This document shows positions 26,976 to 36,309 of a stretch of DNA of 64,000 nucleotides, in pieces. Each line of letters opens with the position of its first letter. The stretch's first letter is position 1. The notes under the pieces are model-generated. The model made no database searches. It was given only the letters and a program-made list of their open reading frames with translations, and was not told the origin of the DNA. The stretch comes from a virus (lineage: Duplodnaviria > Caudoviricetes), in the IMG/VR virus record IMGVR_UViG_3300028887_000103, positions 1 through 64,000 of that record, one strand, 5' to 3'. The position numbers and the translations under genes are program-made.

Positions 26976-27987
26976 ACAATTTTTCTTTGATTATCTACAC
27001 TGGCTTATAGTCGGTGGAGTAGTAGTTCTCTGTGCTTTGTTCTTAGTCGTTGGTCATAAAGGTGAAGATGGGTACGTGACTTTGTCTGGAGGGGAAGTGA
27101 CAATCACAGAGTCCACTCAACAGTTTATTAAAGAGGCACAGCAAGCAATAATTGAGTATTCCGAAACGGCTATTCCTGCTGTCATAATCAATGACAATGG
27201 CGAAGAAGAAACTATTGAAGTGCCGACAGTAGAAAGTATTGACGGTGGCGAAATACTACACGATGAAGATTGCCCAGAAGGAGAATGTGGCAAGGGTGCG
27301 TATGTTTATGCTCCAACGGATACATATCAGCATTTTAAGGATTATACTATCGGGAAATGTTGGAATGTTGACGGTGCTTATGGAGCACAATGCTGGGACC
27401 TCTCATCTTTACACGCTATGAATTACACTAATGACAAAAGAGTGTTCTCTACTTGTGGGACTGGTGCTGCTAAAGGTATGTGGGCTTGTAAAGAACAGAA
27501 TGCTGGGACAGAGTATGATTTAGTCTACAACATTGGTAATCTTATAGTCGGTGATATTGCTGTGTTTGATGGTGGGACTTGGGGACACACTTGTATCATC
27601 GCAGGTCCAGTCAAGAATGGCTATGTGGCTTGTCTTGGGCAAAACCAAGGTGGGAGTGCTTGTCCTGGTGGTGGTGCTGCTACAAACATCATAAATATAT
27701 CATTGAAAAACTTCTTGGGTGCTTTCCACCCGAAGACTTATGTTGACCCAGAACCGACACCTCCAACGCCTACACCAACTGCTAAGTGTAAGAGCTGGAC
27801 ACTGTCTTGGGGCGATACTCTAGGTGCAATAATGAAAACTTGTGAGGGCAAAATAGAGTGGGGTGAAGTAATGAATGCTTACGCAAAAACTTGGACCGAC
27901 GAGGCTACTGGTATGACCGTTTGGGAAGGTTGGAACACCTATCCCGGAATTGGATTATATGCTGGGCATACAATCGTAAAGAAATAA
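26962..27987 (+). CDS. CHAP-domain endolysin with N-terminal TM segment and C-terminal LysM-like domain
   Basis: DGAYGAQCWDL (catalytic Cys), WGHTCI (His), LGQNQGG; WTLSWGDTLGAI. Confidence 0.85.
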   Translation: MEKVKQFFFDYLHWLIVGGVVVLCALFLVVGHKGEDGYVTLSGGEVTITESTQQFIKEAQQAIIEYSETAIPAVIINDNGEEETIEVPTVESIDGGEILHDEDCPEGECGKGAYVYAPTDTYQHFKDYTIGKCWNVDGAYGAQCWDLSSLHAMNYTNDKRVFSTCGTGAAKGMWACKEQNAGTEYDLVYNIGNLIVGDIAVFDGGTWGHTCIIAGPVKNGYVACLGQNQGGSACPGGGAATNIINISLKNFLGAFHPKTYVDPEPTPPTPTPTAKCKSWTLSWGDTLGAIMKTCEGKIEWGEVMNAYAKTWTDEATGMTVWEGWNTYPGIGLYAGHTIVKK

Positions 27988-28479
27988 CTATTTCCCGACT
28001 GTGAAGTTGATATTTAGGGTGAGTGAAAAACCGTTCTCAAGGGCGGTTTTTTCTACTGGAATAGTAACTTGCTGTGTCGGGGTGACTGGCTCTGCTGGCT
28101 TAACCACTGGTTCAATTGGTTTCGTTACAGGTTTGACAATTGCTGTGGATTTCTTTTTCTTAGCCGTAGGCTTTGCCACTTTGTTCTCATAAAAATGATA
28201 CTCGTATTCTGGTCGATTATTTTTGTCAAACTTAACGAGAGTCTCCGTCATATAGCCGAGTGAAATCTTACGATGGACCCACGTGTTAGCGACTGATATG
28301 CGTTCTTTTGGAATACCGACAAGTTCTGCCACTTCTGTTCTGTTTTTGGCTTGTGCTAATCTGCCGTCTTTTTCGGCTTCAATAATTTTTTTCATTCGTA
28401 ACTCACCGAGTTGCTTGCGAGTCAGAGGCTGTTCTGTTTTTTTCAGAAAGTCTTTTGTGAAGATTACTCTTCCATTCAT
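27988..28479 (-). CDS. Hypothetical basic protein, possibly DNA-binding
   Basis: Lone convergent ORF with SD AAGGA; NRTEVAELVGI helix-turn-helix-like segment. Confidence 0.65.
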   Translation of the reverse strand: MNGRVIFTKDFLKKTEQPLTRKQLGELRMKKIIEAEKDGRLAQAKNRTEVAELVGIPKERISVANTWVHRKISLGYMTETLVKFDKNNRPEYEYHFYENKVAKPTAKKKKSTAIVKPVTKPIEPVVKPAEPVTPTQQVTIPVEKTALENGFSLTLNINFTVGK

Positions 28480-28517
28480 TGCTTTATTCCTTTCTTTTAG
28501 ATTTGATATAATATAGA

Positions 28518-28680
28518 GTAGATGTGTTATTATCAGCCGTAACGAGACTGCTCTATGTGAGGTAGGTTCTTACCTCCAACCTACATTCGGCTTTGACCTG
28601 CGAGGGTTGCTTCAGTCCGTCTGAAGTGTAAAATGTTGGCTTAAAAATGCTCACCACATCTATAACACCTCCTTTCTTTG
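28518..28680 (+). ncRNA. Candidate structured small RNA
   Basis: TG-TATAAT at 28504-28512; closing stem 28519-28526/28655-28662; internal hairpins 28559-28576 and 28610-28626; terminator follows. Confidence 0.45.
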
Positions 28681-28712
28681 GAAGAAGACCCTTCGGGGTC
28701 TTTTTCTTTTTG
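28681..28712. terminator. Bidirectional intrinsic terminator
   Basis: GAAGAAGACCC-TTCG-GGGTCTTTTTCTTTT. Confidence 0.8.
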
Positions 28713-28811
28713 TTAAGCAGAAAAGGCTAGGTGAAAGACGCAAGTATGAAGCGTATGACCTAGCCTATCTGTAAAGCGAGGCTTGATTATGCCTAAATCA
28801 AACCTACCCTT

Positions 28812-28840
28812 ATTATAATGCAAAACGATGAAAATGTCAA
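28812..28840 (-). promoter_or_regulatory. Consensus sigma70/sigmaA promoter facing left
   Basis: Reverse strand TTGACA-N17-TATAAT. Confidence 0.75.
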
Positions 28841-29045
28841 GGAAATCGTTTTTGAGGGTCGTTTTGGCTTGAATAGTATAATATATCGTCTTTGGGTCTA
28901 AAACCGTTTCTAGACGGCAATACGCAAGAATTACGGCATATTTTTTGTGGTGGTCGTGGTGGGCTTGAAAATCCGAGGTTGATTTTTCTGCAATTCTGTG
29001 TTATAATAGTAGAGGGCGAATATTAACATTAAGAAAGGAAATAGT

Positions 29046-29312
29046 ATGGATTTCAAGATTAAGAAACCAGTTTACTATGTAGGTGTTCAAACGGGAGATT
29101 TTGAAAATCGTGATTACCACTTGACACTTATAACCGAAGTCGACTATGGAAAGAGGACTTGGAAGGCTGAAGTAGATAAGAAGCCCAAGAAGTTCACTAA
29201 GGAGTTGGCTGAAGAAATGGTAATCTGCTTGGCCATCAACGATGCCTTTGCTGTAGTAGTCTATTGCGATGGCGAATTGACTGGTCAACCATTCACTAAA
29301 CACGACAAGTAA
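29046..29312 (+). CDS. Hypothetical early protein
   Basis: SD AAAGGA, upstream TG-TATAAT. Confidence 0.7.
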   Translation: MDFKIKKPVYYVGVQTGDFENRDYHLTLITEVDYGKRTWKAEVDKKPKKFTKELAEEMVICLAINDAFAVVVYCDGELTGQPFTKHDK

Positions 29313-29322
29313 CTACAAAAGG

Positions 29323-29577
29323 GTGGGCACAAAGAAAGGAATGGTAATGAAAAAATCCACTAAAGAGTTTATTCAGAGACTTCTGGATAGGGAGTTGCAA
29401 GCAGAGTTCCTGCAACAGAATCCGAATCCTCTAGAGGTTGAATATGTTAGAGACCTCATAGATGCTAGTAAAGATTTTGCTAAATGCTCTGGAGACTGGA
29501 TGACCGTCTATTATACCAACGGGCTAATTGAGCAAGTCTTAACGGATAAGGATTTAGGGTATTCAGGTGGCCTCTAG
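29323..29577 (+). CDS. Hypothetical protein (start probably 29341 or 29347)
   Basis: SD GAAAGGA before the internal ATGs. Confidence 0.6.
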   Translation: MGTKKGMVMKKSTKEFIQRLLDRELQAEFLQQNPNPLEVEYVRDLIDASKDFAKCSGDWMTVYYTNGLIEQVLTDKDLGYSGGL

Positions 29578-29613
29578 GGTGTGGAAAACTCTATAAAAGA
29601 AAGTAGCCGAAAT

Positions 29614-29654
29614 GTCAAAAAAGTATTGATTTTTGGCTATTTTTTTGTTATAAT
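29614..29654 (+). repeat. 41-bp promoter cassette, copy 1 (copy 2 at 56464-56504)
   Basis: GTCAAAAAAGTATTGATTTT(TG/TT)GCTATTTTTTTGTTATAAT, one mismatch between copies. Confidence 0.85.
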
Positions 29655-29691
29655 TAAGGTAGGGTGGAATAAATTAAAGAAAGGAAAATGT

Positions 29692-29838
29692 ATGCAATTT
29701 ACAAAAGAAATTGACAAAAAGCTGAAAGAGTTATTTACTCAAAAAGCGTTTAGCGAAGACGAGTTGAAACTTTTGGCTGAAATAATAACCCTTGCCTACG
29801 AGGAAGGGAAAAAGGAAGGAGTGGGCAATGACAAATAA
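29692..29838 (+). CDS. Small hypothetical protein
   Basis: SD GAAAGGA before ATG 29692. Confidence 0.55.
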   Translation: MQFTKEIDKKLKELFTQKAFSEDELKLLAEIITLAYEEGKKEGVGNDK

Positions 29839-30028
29839 CTATTACAAACAAGTAAAGAGTGGTCAGTATAGGTATGTCACTAACCACGGGATGGGACCAG
29901 GTGCTTATCCAAAAGACTGCATTGGCGTAAGAGCCTTACCGAATTATAAAACAGAGTTGTTCTTTGACAGACCATTAACGCAAGAAGAACTTGACCAATA
30001 TGATATCAAAGCAGAATGGGAGAGTTAG
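29828..30028 (+). CDS. Small hypothetical protein
   Basis: SD AAGGAG before ATG 29828; PLTQEELDQYDIK. Confidence 0.6.
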   Translation: MTNNYYKQVKSGQYRYVTNHGMGPGAYPKDCIGVRALPNYKTELFFDRPLTQEELDQYDIKAEWES

Positions 30029-30360
30029 AAATGTTTGGTATTCCTTTAACGAAGTGGCCGATAGAAGAAATGACAGGCTACAAGCCAAAAACTACATTCT
30101 GGAATGATTTTGAAATTGCAGAAGCGTTTGGAATAGCAGAAGTGGAAGATACTTACAAAAGATGTTTCAAACATTGGAAGCACGATGTAGAGTATATTAC
30201 AGAATTGGCTATGGTAGTCAACTGGAGGCTTCACTATTGGTTTGGTAAGAATGACAAATTGGCTAGATTATACGAGAAGTTCTGGTTTGATTGCGATAAG
30301 TGGTGTATGGAAAACTTAAAAGATAAGGATTTGACCTATTATGTCCGCACTACTGATTAA
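30016..30360 (+). CDS. Hypothetical phage protein
   Basis: Coupled ORF; YKPKTTFWNDFEIAEAFG. Confidence 0.7.
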   Translation: MGELEMFGIPLTKWPIEEMTGYKPKTTFWNDFEIAEAFGIAEVEDTYKRCFKHWKHDVEYITELAMVVNWRLHYWFGKNDKLARLYEKFWFDCDKWCMENLKDKDLTYYVRTTD

Positions 30361-30538
30361 GATTTACTACATAAATCCTGCTGGAATGACAGAAAGCGTC
30401 ATCTGTCAAGGAGAAACGCAAGAGGAGTTGCAGAAAGACGCAGATTTGACAATTGATAGATTGGGGTGGAATCGTGACTACTGTTGGTCGGAAGTAGTTA
30501 GAAATAATAAAGGAAAGGAGTCTTCAAGATGTATGTAG
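30341..30538 (+). CDS. Hypothetical protein
   Basis: Coupled ORF in early cluster. Confidence 0.5.
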   Translation: MSALLIKIYYINPAGMTESVICQGETQEELQKDADLTIDRLGWNRDYCWSEVVRNNKGKESSRCM

Positions 30539-30771
30539 TCTGGTGCGAAACTACTGAAGGAAACGGATGTTACTTCGGTGGTATCTATCGTTCTCACGAT
30601 AGGGCATTAAATAGAATGAAGTGGTGTAGCAATCATTGTCTCTACGGAAATGATGCTTGGAAGATTTCGTTTGTGAAGGCACAGCCAGCGGAAGGTGGCT
30701 ATTATGCAGACGCTTTTGATAACGAAATAGAACCTGGTGACAATGTTGAATATGCAGAAAATGAACAATAA
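30529..30771 (+). CDS. Hypothetical protein
   Basis: SD AAAGGAG. Confidence 0.6.
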   Translation: MYVVWCETTEGNGCYFGGIYRSHDRALNRMKWCSNHCLYGNDAWKISFVKAQPAEGGYYADAFDNEIEPGDNVEYAENEQ

Positions 30772-31033
30772 AGAAAGGAATGAAATGCACGGAAATAAAT
30801 TTCGAGATACAGAGGGTAGGTGGATGTCAAGATGTAACCCCTACCACGATGGTCATCATTTAGGAGGAACAATCCCAGAAGGAGATTGTCCGAAGTGTCA
30901 TAAGCACTACAGAGGTCATCCTGCTTTAAGTCGGGAAGACAACAAAACTAAAATCTGTCCAGAATGTGGGCAGAGAGAAGCGTTGGAAGCGTTTCAAGGT
31001 TACTTGAAAATCAAGCACGAGAAAGGAGAATAA
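30737..31033 (+). CDS. Zinc-ribbon protein
   Basis: CPKCHK..ALSREDNKTKICPECG. Confidence 0.65.
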   Translation: MTMLNMQKMNNKERNEMHGNKFRDTEGRWMSRCNPYHDGHHLGGTIPEGDCPKCHKHYRGHPALSREDNKTKICPECGQREALEAFQGYLKIKHEKGE

Positions 31034-31035
31034 TA

Positions 31036-31371
31036 ATGGCAGACGATGCTGTTCCAGTTTCAAATCTTACCCTTAACAAGAAGGTTCTGTATAATGCGAT
31101 GCTCAAGAGTCGCAAAAAGAGTGATACAGAATTCATAAAAGATGTAGATTTGGTAATTACTTCGGCTTGGTGTGCTGGACAAATGCAGGGTGCAATGGAA
31201 ACCGCACAGTATGCTGGAATAAATGAATTGATGGAAAATCCACTAGAACTGCTTGGAGTGTTAGAATACATAACAGAAAAAGTAGAGTCTGAAATGGATG
31301 ACCCATCAGAATGGGAAAAATTCACCAGAGAATTAAACAAACAAAAAACCACCTCTGATAAGGTAGATTAA
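31036..31371 (+). CDS. Hypothetical protein
   Basis: SD AAAGGAG before ATG 31036. Confidence 0.6.
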   Translation: MADDAVPVSNLTLNKKVLYNAMLKSRKKSDTEFIKDVDLVITSAWCAGQMQGAMETAQYAGINELMENPLELLGVLEYITEKVESEMDDPSEWEKFTRELNKQKTTSDKVD

Positions 31372-31471
31372 AGTTCCACTGGTGTTTCTATGTAGGGCAA
31401 GCCGATTTTTGTTCTGCAACTTACTATGTGATACTTGTATTTTCTTGGTTTACGCATATTGTGTCCTTCTA

Positions 31472-32485
31472 TTATACCATATTACGAGGCTTTATTAACT
31501 GCCAGATTTGCTTATTGAGGGCTTCATCGCCTCTTTTTTTCAGCGTGAAAATTAACGACCTCATCTCTTTTGATAAAGAATTATCTAGGGCTATGTCCTT
31601 GTCAGACAAGTGCTTTCTAGGCTCATACTCGTTCTTTACGGCAAGGAAAATCAGCGAGTGGTTATATTGTAGTTCGTCTTCCCACACTTCCATCTGACGC
31701 ATAAATTCGTCTGGGATATCTAAATCTTGAATTCGTTGACCACTGGATAGGAGTTCCCACACCCTCTTTTTTGTGCAATCGGACAGTAGTCTGTGGTGGT
31801 TAATAAAGTATTGAGTCTTGATTTTAACTCGTTCAAAAGTCTTCAAGTCTTGTGCGACCACCCCTTCCACTTTTTGCTTTAAGTATTCTTTAGCCTCTGC
31901 CAATGATAATTCTTTAGCGATAGGAAATGGGCATTCTTCGTCTGGAATAATTTCGTTGAAGTTCTCATCTCTTATGGCCCAGCAAACTAACTTTGGCACT
32001 GGGTGTTTAGTTAGAATGATTGCTTCGTCACCTGGAAAGTTCTGCAAAAGTTCACAGAAATAAGTATAATTCGGGGTCATCTTTAGTAAGATTTCGTCTG
32101 TGAGGAACTTGTCCACAGCATCAATATACTGGTTTTTGAAACTCCCTCTAGAAGTGACAATCAGTCCCCAATCAGAGTCTAGTTTGATTGAGATATAATA
32201 ACCATCTAGTTTTTCGGAAATTCTAGCGTTCATCAAGTTGATTTCGGCGGCTAGAGGCTCTCCTTGGTTAAAAAACTTTTCAGGGCATCTAATGACAATC
32301 TTATAATTACTGTCTAATACTAAACCCCTTGTCTGTCTAGTAATCTTGTTCCAGTTGCCTTCGAACTGGGTTTTTTGGGAGTAGTTATAGATTGACAATG
32401 GTAATCTTGGGTGGTCAACCTTGCGAATATAGCCATCATCTACTAAAGAAATCAAATCGTCAATGTCTTGTTCACTTAAATTCAT
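31472..32485 (-). CDS. rnl1: T4 Rnl1-like RNA ligase
   Basis: HPRLPLSIYNYS..TRGLVLD..PEKFFN; nucleotidyltransferase motif I EKLDG; EGVV; RVKIK. Confidence 0.88.
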   Translation of the reverse strand: MNLSEQDIDDLISLVDDGYIRKVDHPRLPLSIYNYSQKTQFEGNWNKITRQTRGLVLDSNYKIVIRCPEKFFNQGEPLAAEINLMNARISEKLDGYYISIKLDSDWGLIVTSRGSFKNQYIDAVDKFLTDEILLKMTPNYTYFCELLQNFPGDEAIILTKHPVPKLVCWAIRDENFNEIIPDEECPFPIAKELSLAEAKEYLKQKVEGVVAQDLKTFERVKIKTQYFINHHRLLSDCTKKRVWELLSSGQRIQDLDIPDEFMRQMEVWEDELQYNHSLIFLAVKNEYEPRKHLSDKDIALDNSLSKEMRSLIFTLKKRGDEALNKQIWQLIKPRNMV

Positions 32486-32552
32486 AATGAAAATAGCCTC
32501 TGGGAGAAAGGGTAGATGAACTCCCAGAGACTTACCTCCTCCTAACTAAATA

Positions 32553-33326
32553 CTACCACGGAAGTTCTTTGCCGTCAAGAGAGATTTTGACAAAATTCTT
32601 GTCCTCAAGGGTAAGCAAAGAGTCGTCACCATACGGGGAATAATCAGAATAGGTAGAGAATGTGTCACAGAAATAGATTTCTTCATCGTAGTTATTATAG
32701 AAGGTTACGGTCTGGTGTGGAGTATGTCCTACAATCTGAATTACTGGAAACCAATCTGCTATGAGTTCAACTGTGTCTGCCCAGAGTGGACTAGGGTCTT
32801 GGTGTCCTCCACGAGCATAACCTACATCGCCAAGTCCGAAGAAAGCGTCTTCACAATTTTCTTGTTTACGGTGATGAAAGGCATAGTTGGTTACTTTCAT
32901 AATATCCCACGGGCTTTCAAAAGGTTTTTGAAAATACTTATTCAACCACGATTTAGTGAATCCTGCGTGAGAACAGATAAAGGAACGGTCTTTGGGAACG
33001 AAAGCGATGTCAAAAAGTTCTTCGTATTTGGTAAAGAGTGGAGATATTAACTGTGAAGTCATAAAGTTATAACCAGAACAAGCAAAAGGTTTGCCAAACC
33101 ATTCAGATAAGTCGTGGTTACCTAGCAGAAGAATAACTTTGCCTGGGTTTGATAATTTGAAATCAATCAGATTTTCTAATAACTGTTTAGAGTATTCTGG
33201 TGCTGACATCCAATCGTCAACATAATCGCCAAGGAAAATAACTTTGTCGTATCCTTCGGACAATTCTTTAACCCGTTCTAGTATCCCGTTCTTGGTGTGT
33301 AAATCCCCTACGAATAAGTATTTCAT
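32553..33326 (-). CDS. Calcineurin-like metallophosphoesterase
   Basis: GDLH, FLGDYVD, LLGNHD, SHAG, VGHT motifs. Confidence 0.9.
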   Translation of the reverse strand: MKYLFVGDLHTKNGILERVKELSEGYDKVIFLGDYVDDWMSAPEYSKQLLENLIDFKLSNPGKVILLLGNHDLSEWFGKPFACSGYNFMTSQLISPLFTKYEELFDIAFVPKDRSFICSHAGFTKSWLNKYFQKPFESPWDIMKVTNYAFHHRKQENCEDAFFGLGDVGYARGGHQDPSPLWADTVELIADWFPVIQIVGHTPHQTVTFYNNYDEEIYFCDTFSTYSDYSPYGDDSLLTLEDKNFVKISLDGKELPW

Positions 33327-33920
33327 TTAACTTTCATCCTCCAATACACTAATTATAGTAGGGTTATCTTGACAATTCAAGTCTGCACCTACACCTCTTG
33401 CGAGCAGATATTCGTTACAAATCTTGCCGATTAAGTATTCCATTAGGGTTTTACGTTCTTCCCAACCTTCGTTCTTGGCCTTTAGATTGCTTTTGAGGAT
33501 ATTGTCTATCTGTCGAATGGCAAACTTAACACCATTATCTTGAGATTTTACTGCCATCTGGATAGTTTCTTTGGACGGTGCCTTGCCATAATTCAGGAGT
33601 AGAAAATTATAAAGTTGCTCTGGAGTGACAATCTCTATTACTTCGGTGTCTGGGTCATCAGAATCACCTAACCAGATTCGACTACCTTTTTTGTTTCTGC
33701 CTCGGTCTGGAGCGTCCCACAACCACCACGAGATATAACCATCATCGTCCCCCATAGCATCCACTAGGAAATCTACTAGGATGTCTAGTAGTCCTGTCTT
33801 TGCGAAGCCAGTAAAGTCGGAAGGTGCGTATTCCCGAAGTGCTTCGTCGAATTTTTCTTGGGAATCTTCTTCCTTTAAGATGAGTTCCAGTATAGTTAAG
33901 AACTGTTTTTTTGTTAGCAT
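33327..33920 (-). CDS. Hypothetical protein
   Basis: Coupled ORF in minus-strand operon. Confidence 0.7.
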   Translation of the reverse strand: MLTKKQFLTILELILKEEDSQEKFDEALREYAPSDFTGFAKTGLLDILVDFLVDAMGDDDGYISWWLWDAPDRGRNKKGSRIWLGDSDDPDTEVIEIVTPEQLYNFLLLNYGKAPSKETIQMAVKSQDNGVKFAIRQIDNILKSNLKAKNEGWEERKTLMEYLIGKICNEYLLARGVGADLNCQDNPTIISVLEDES

Positions 33921-34135
33921 TATTCCTCCTCTTTAAATAAGTTACCTTCATCAATGACAATCATACCTTTTCGCTGGATTTCTCCATCTGCTACAGTCAA
34001 GTCTTCTTCAGATAAGATATGTTCTGGGAACAGTTCAAGAAGTTGCAAGTAATTATCGGGGTCTCCTTCGTTCTGTTTGACAAACTCCCTTAAAACTCCG
34101 AGTGGCACGGCTAAATAAAACTTTTCGTTAATCAT
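33920..34135 (-). CDS. Hypothetical protein
   Basis: Coupled ORF. Confidence 0.6.
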   Translation of the reverse strand: MINEKFYLAVPLGVLREFVKQNEGDPDNYLQLLELFPEHILSEEDLTVADGEIQRKGMIVIDEGNLFKEEE

Positions 34136-34529
34136 AGAGGTCGTCTTCCTTTCTTAAACTGTCCAAACATTCTTCTAACATTATAGCCAATTCATCGTGG
34201 GAGGTAGGACGGTTTGTCCAGAATCCTCGTCCACAATACTTATACCAAGTGATTTCTAAATCTCTCCACTTGAAGTTGATAGGTTGAGGGTTTGGGCTAC
34301 TGTCATCATAGTCCCAACCCCAATCGTATGCGTGAACCTCGAAGGCGTCGTTTTTGTAGCCTTCTACATTGCCGGTATTTCTCCACGGATTTTGGTCATC
34401 ATATTCTTTTTGATGAATATTCCACATCACTCTTAACCAATCATTTTCGATATAAGTTAAGATACAATCTAAAAAGTGATAACTGACACCGAGATTGTCG
34501 TTATTCATACTTCTCCCTTCTATATACAT
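34128..34529 (-). CDS. Hypothetical protein (start may be 34508)
   Basis: Coupled ORF; NFKWRDLEITWYKYCGRG. Confidence 0.65.
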   Translation of the reverse strand: MYIEGRSMNNDNLGVSYHFLDCILTYIENDWLRVMWNIHQKEYDDQNPWRNTGNVEGYKNDAFEVHAYDWGWDYDDSSPNPQPINFKWRDLEITWYKYCGRGFWTNRPTSHDELAIMLEECLDSLRKEDDLYD

Positions 34530-35001
34530 TAGATTGGTCTTTTTCTATCAAGTTGGCAATCTTGCGAGTGCCTACGAATAAGTTCTCATATCGGTTATAG
34601 ATAATCTGCATCTGGGAGAGTCTATACTTCCACTCTAGAAGTTGCTGTTGGGCTTTGATGTATTCCGGCTGAGTTTTGACAAAAGATTCACGGTCTTTGG
34701 CATTGGCAAGTCCGAGGTCTTCCTTGCGTTGATTGCATTTTCGCCAGAGTTCAGCAGTGATTGTGTCCACATCAAGTTTGGCGTAATCGTATGCTCGTTG
34801 AAGTTTAGCGAGGAACAAGCCTGCTTCTGCTAGCATATTCGGGTCGTGTGATAAATGAAATCTGACCTGTTCTTCGTTAAAGCCCTCCATCTCACCTACC
34901 TGAATAGTCCGAATCATTTCGTTTTGTGCCTCTTCCACCCTATCAACATATTTTTGCAATCGGGCTATTCTTTGTTCTTCTGATTGAGTGAGGCTTTTCA
35001 T
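34501..35001 (-). CDS. Helical protein, possibly recombination mediator (UvsY-like)
   Basis: All-helical pattern within recombination block; function is inference. Confidence 0.45.
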   Translation of the reverse strand: MKSLTQSEEQRIARLQKYVDRVEEAQNEMIRTIQVGEMEGFNEEQVRFHLSHDPNMLAEAGLFLAKLQRAYDYAKLDVDTITAELWRKCNQRKEDLGLANAKDRESFVKTQPEYIKAQQQLLEWKYRLSQMQIIYNRYENLFVGTRKIANLIEKDQSNVYRREKYE

Positions 35002-35032
35002 ACCACAATCATATCATAACGGAATGAAAAAA

Positions 35033-35272
35033 TCAACCTCTGAATTTCTCCCCAACCCACTTTTTCGTAAGGTGATATTTTCCACAGTAGGAACATTGGT
35101 AATAATTCAATCTGATACCATATTTCATACACTGGTGTCTAATCATTCGGTTGGCTGCTCCAGAAGTTTCGTAGGCTTTCTTTTTCTTGCACTCGGAATA
35201 CCAGCGTCGCTTATCTATGCGATAATTTTTGTTATGGATTTTACCTCGTAACTGCTTGCGAGAGTATTTCAT
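35033..35272 (-). CDS. Small basic Zn-binding protein
   Basis: CKKKKAY..YYQCSYCGKYHLT. Confidence 0.6.
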   Translation of the reverse strand: MKYSRKQLRGKIHNKNYRIDKRRWYSECKKKKAYETSGAANRMIRHQCMKYGIRLNYYQCSYCGKYHLTKKWVGEKFRG

Positions 35273-35281
35273 TGGCTCTCC

Positions 35282-35722
35282 TTAAAGAGTTTTGCCGTTG
35301 AACTTGATTGAAATACTCCTAGATTTTTTTACATCAAAACCAGCAGGAGGATTGAGACCTGCCTTTAGATAATTGCTAACTAACTTGGTGTTAGGTATTC
35401 TTTGATAAAACTTGCCATTCGGTGCTTGGAAAACATTATCCACTTGAACTGTCGTGGTGTATTCTTCTGGGACTTGTGTTTCGTCTGACACAACAACCGT
35501 GTTCCTATCTGTGATTGAAATGTCTAAAGTATTATCCCCAAGAGAAATGCTTTCTTTGACTTTGCCAGTGGTTTCTTCTTTTAACCGTTTCTTTAACTCC
35601 TCTATTTCGGCTTTGGTTTGGTTATAGAAATCAATCTGGGCTTTGACCTGTTCTGATACTTGTTGGAGTTGCGATTCCAACTTTAAGATTGACAATGCTG
35701 TTTCTTTGTTTTGCTCGTTCAT
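35282..35722 (-). CDS. Siphovirus Gp157-like protein
   Basis: Coiled coil then VVVSDETQVPEEY; adjacent to recombinase genes. Confidence 0.5.
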   Translation of the reverse strand: MNEQNKETALSILKLESQLQQVSEQVKAQIDFYNQTKAEIEELKKRLKEETTGKVKESISLGDNTLDISITDRNTVVVSDETQVPEEYTTTVQVDNVFQAPNGKFYQRIPNTKLVSNYLKAGLNPPAGFDVKKSRSISIKFNGKTL

Positions 35723-35733
35723 AACTAACCTTT

Positions 35734-36309
35734 CTAGAATGTGATTTTACTAGGGTCAAGTCCTGAAAAGATGGATTCAAACTTATCTTGAAAATCTTTC
35801 ATTGGATAAATTCGGTGAACAAACATTGCGTCCTTTAAGTTATCCACATCTGGATTGTAAAGAACCAAGTCATTCCAATCTCGTTCAGTGACCCATAACT
35901 GATATTGAATCTGGCAGATAATATGAGGGTCTAGGTTCTGGTTTACTTCATAATGCCGTTTCAAACTAAAGCACTTGACTTCAACCATTCCGTCTTTGTT
36001 GACTAGTCCGTCTGGGCTACACCCTACAAAAGGATGTTTGTCGTTGATGACAAAACCTACATCTGTGGTAGGAGAATAAATTTCAGAGTAAATCTCTTTT
36101 GCTTCTGGCTCTAGTTTATGCCCTCGTTCTGTCCAGTAGTTGCCTCTGAATGCGTTGGTCTGTGGAGCGTTCTTATGTCTTAAGATTTCTTGAACTGATG
36201 CTCCGTTGATAAGACCATAAGCGTCAGTTGCCGAGATGTATTTTGCTCTTAAGTCCAACCATTCTTGGCTTCCTTGTGGCACCTTGTCACTTGGAATAAT
36301 GGTAATCAT
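35734..36309 (-). CDS. YqaJ-like (lambda-exonuclease family) recombination exonuclease
   Basis: QGSQEWLDLR..ISAT..GCSPDGLV..VEVKC..QIQYQL. Confidence 0.92.
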   Translation of the reverse strand: MITIIPSDKVPQGSQEWLDLRAKYISATDAYGLINGASVQEILRHKNAPQTNAFRGNYWTERGHKLEPEAKEIYSEIYSPTTDVGFVINDKHPFVGCSPDGLVNKDGMVEVKCFSLKRHYEVNQNLDPHIICQIQYQLWVTERDWNDLVLYNPDVDNLKDAMFVHRIYPMKDFQDKFESIFSGLDPSKITF

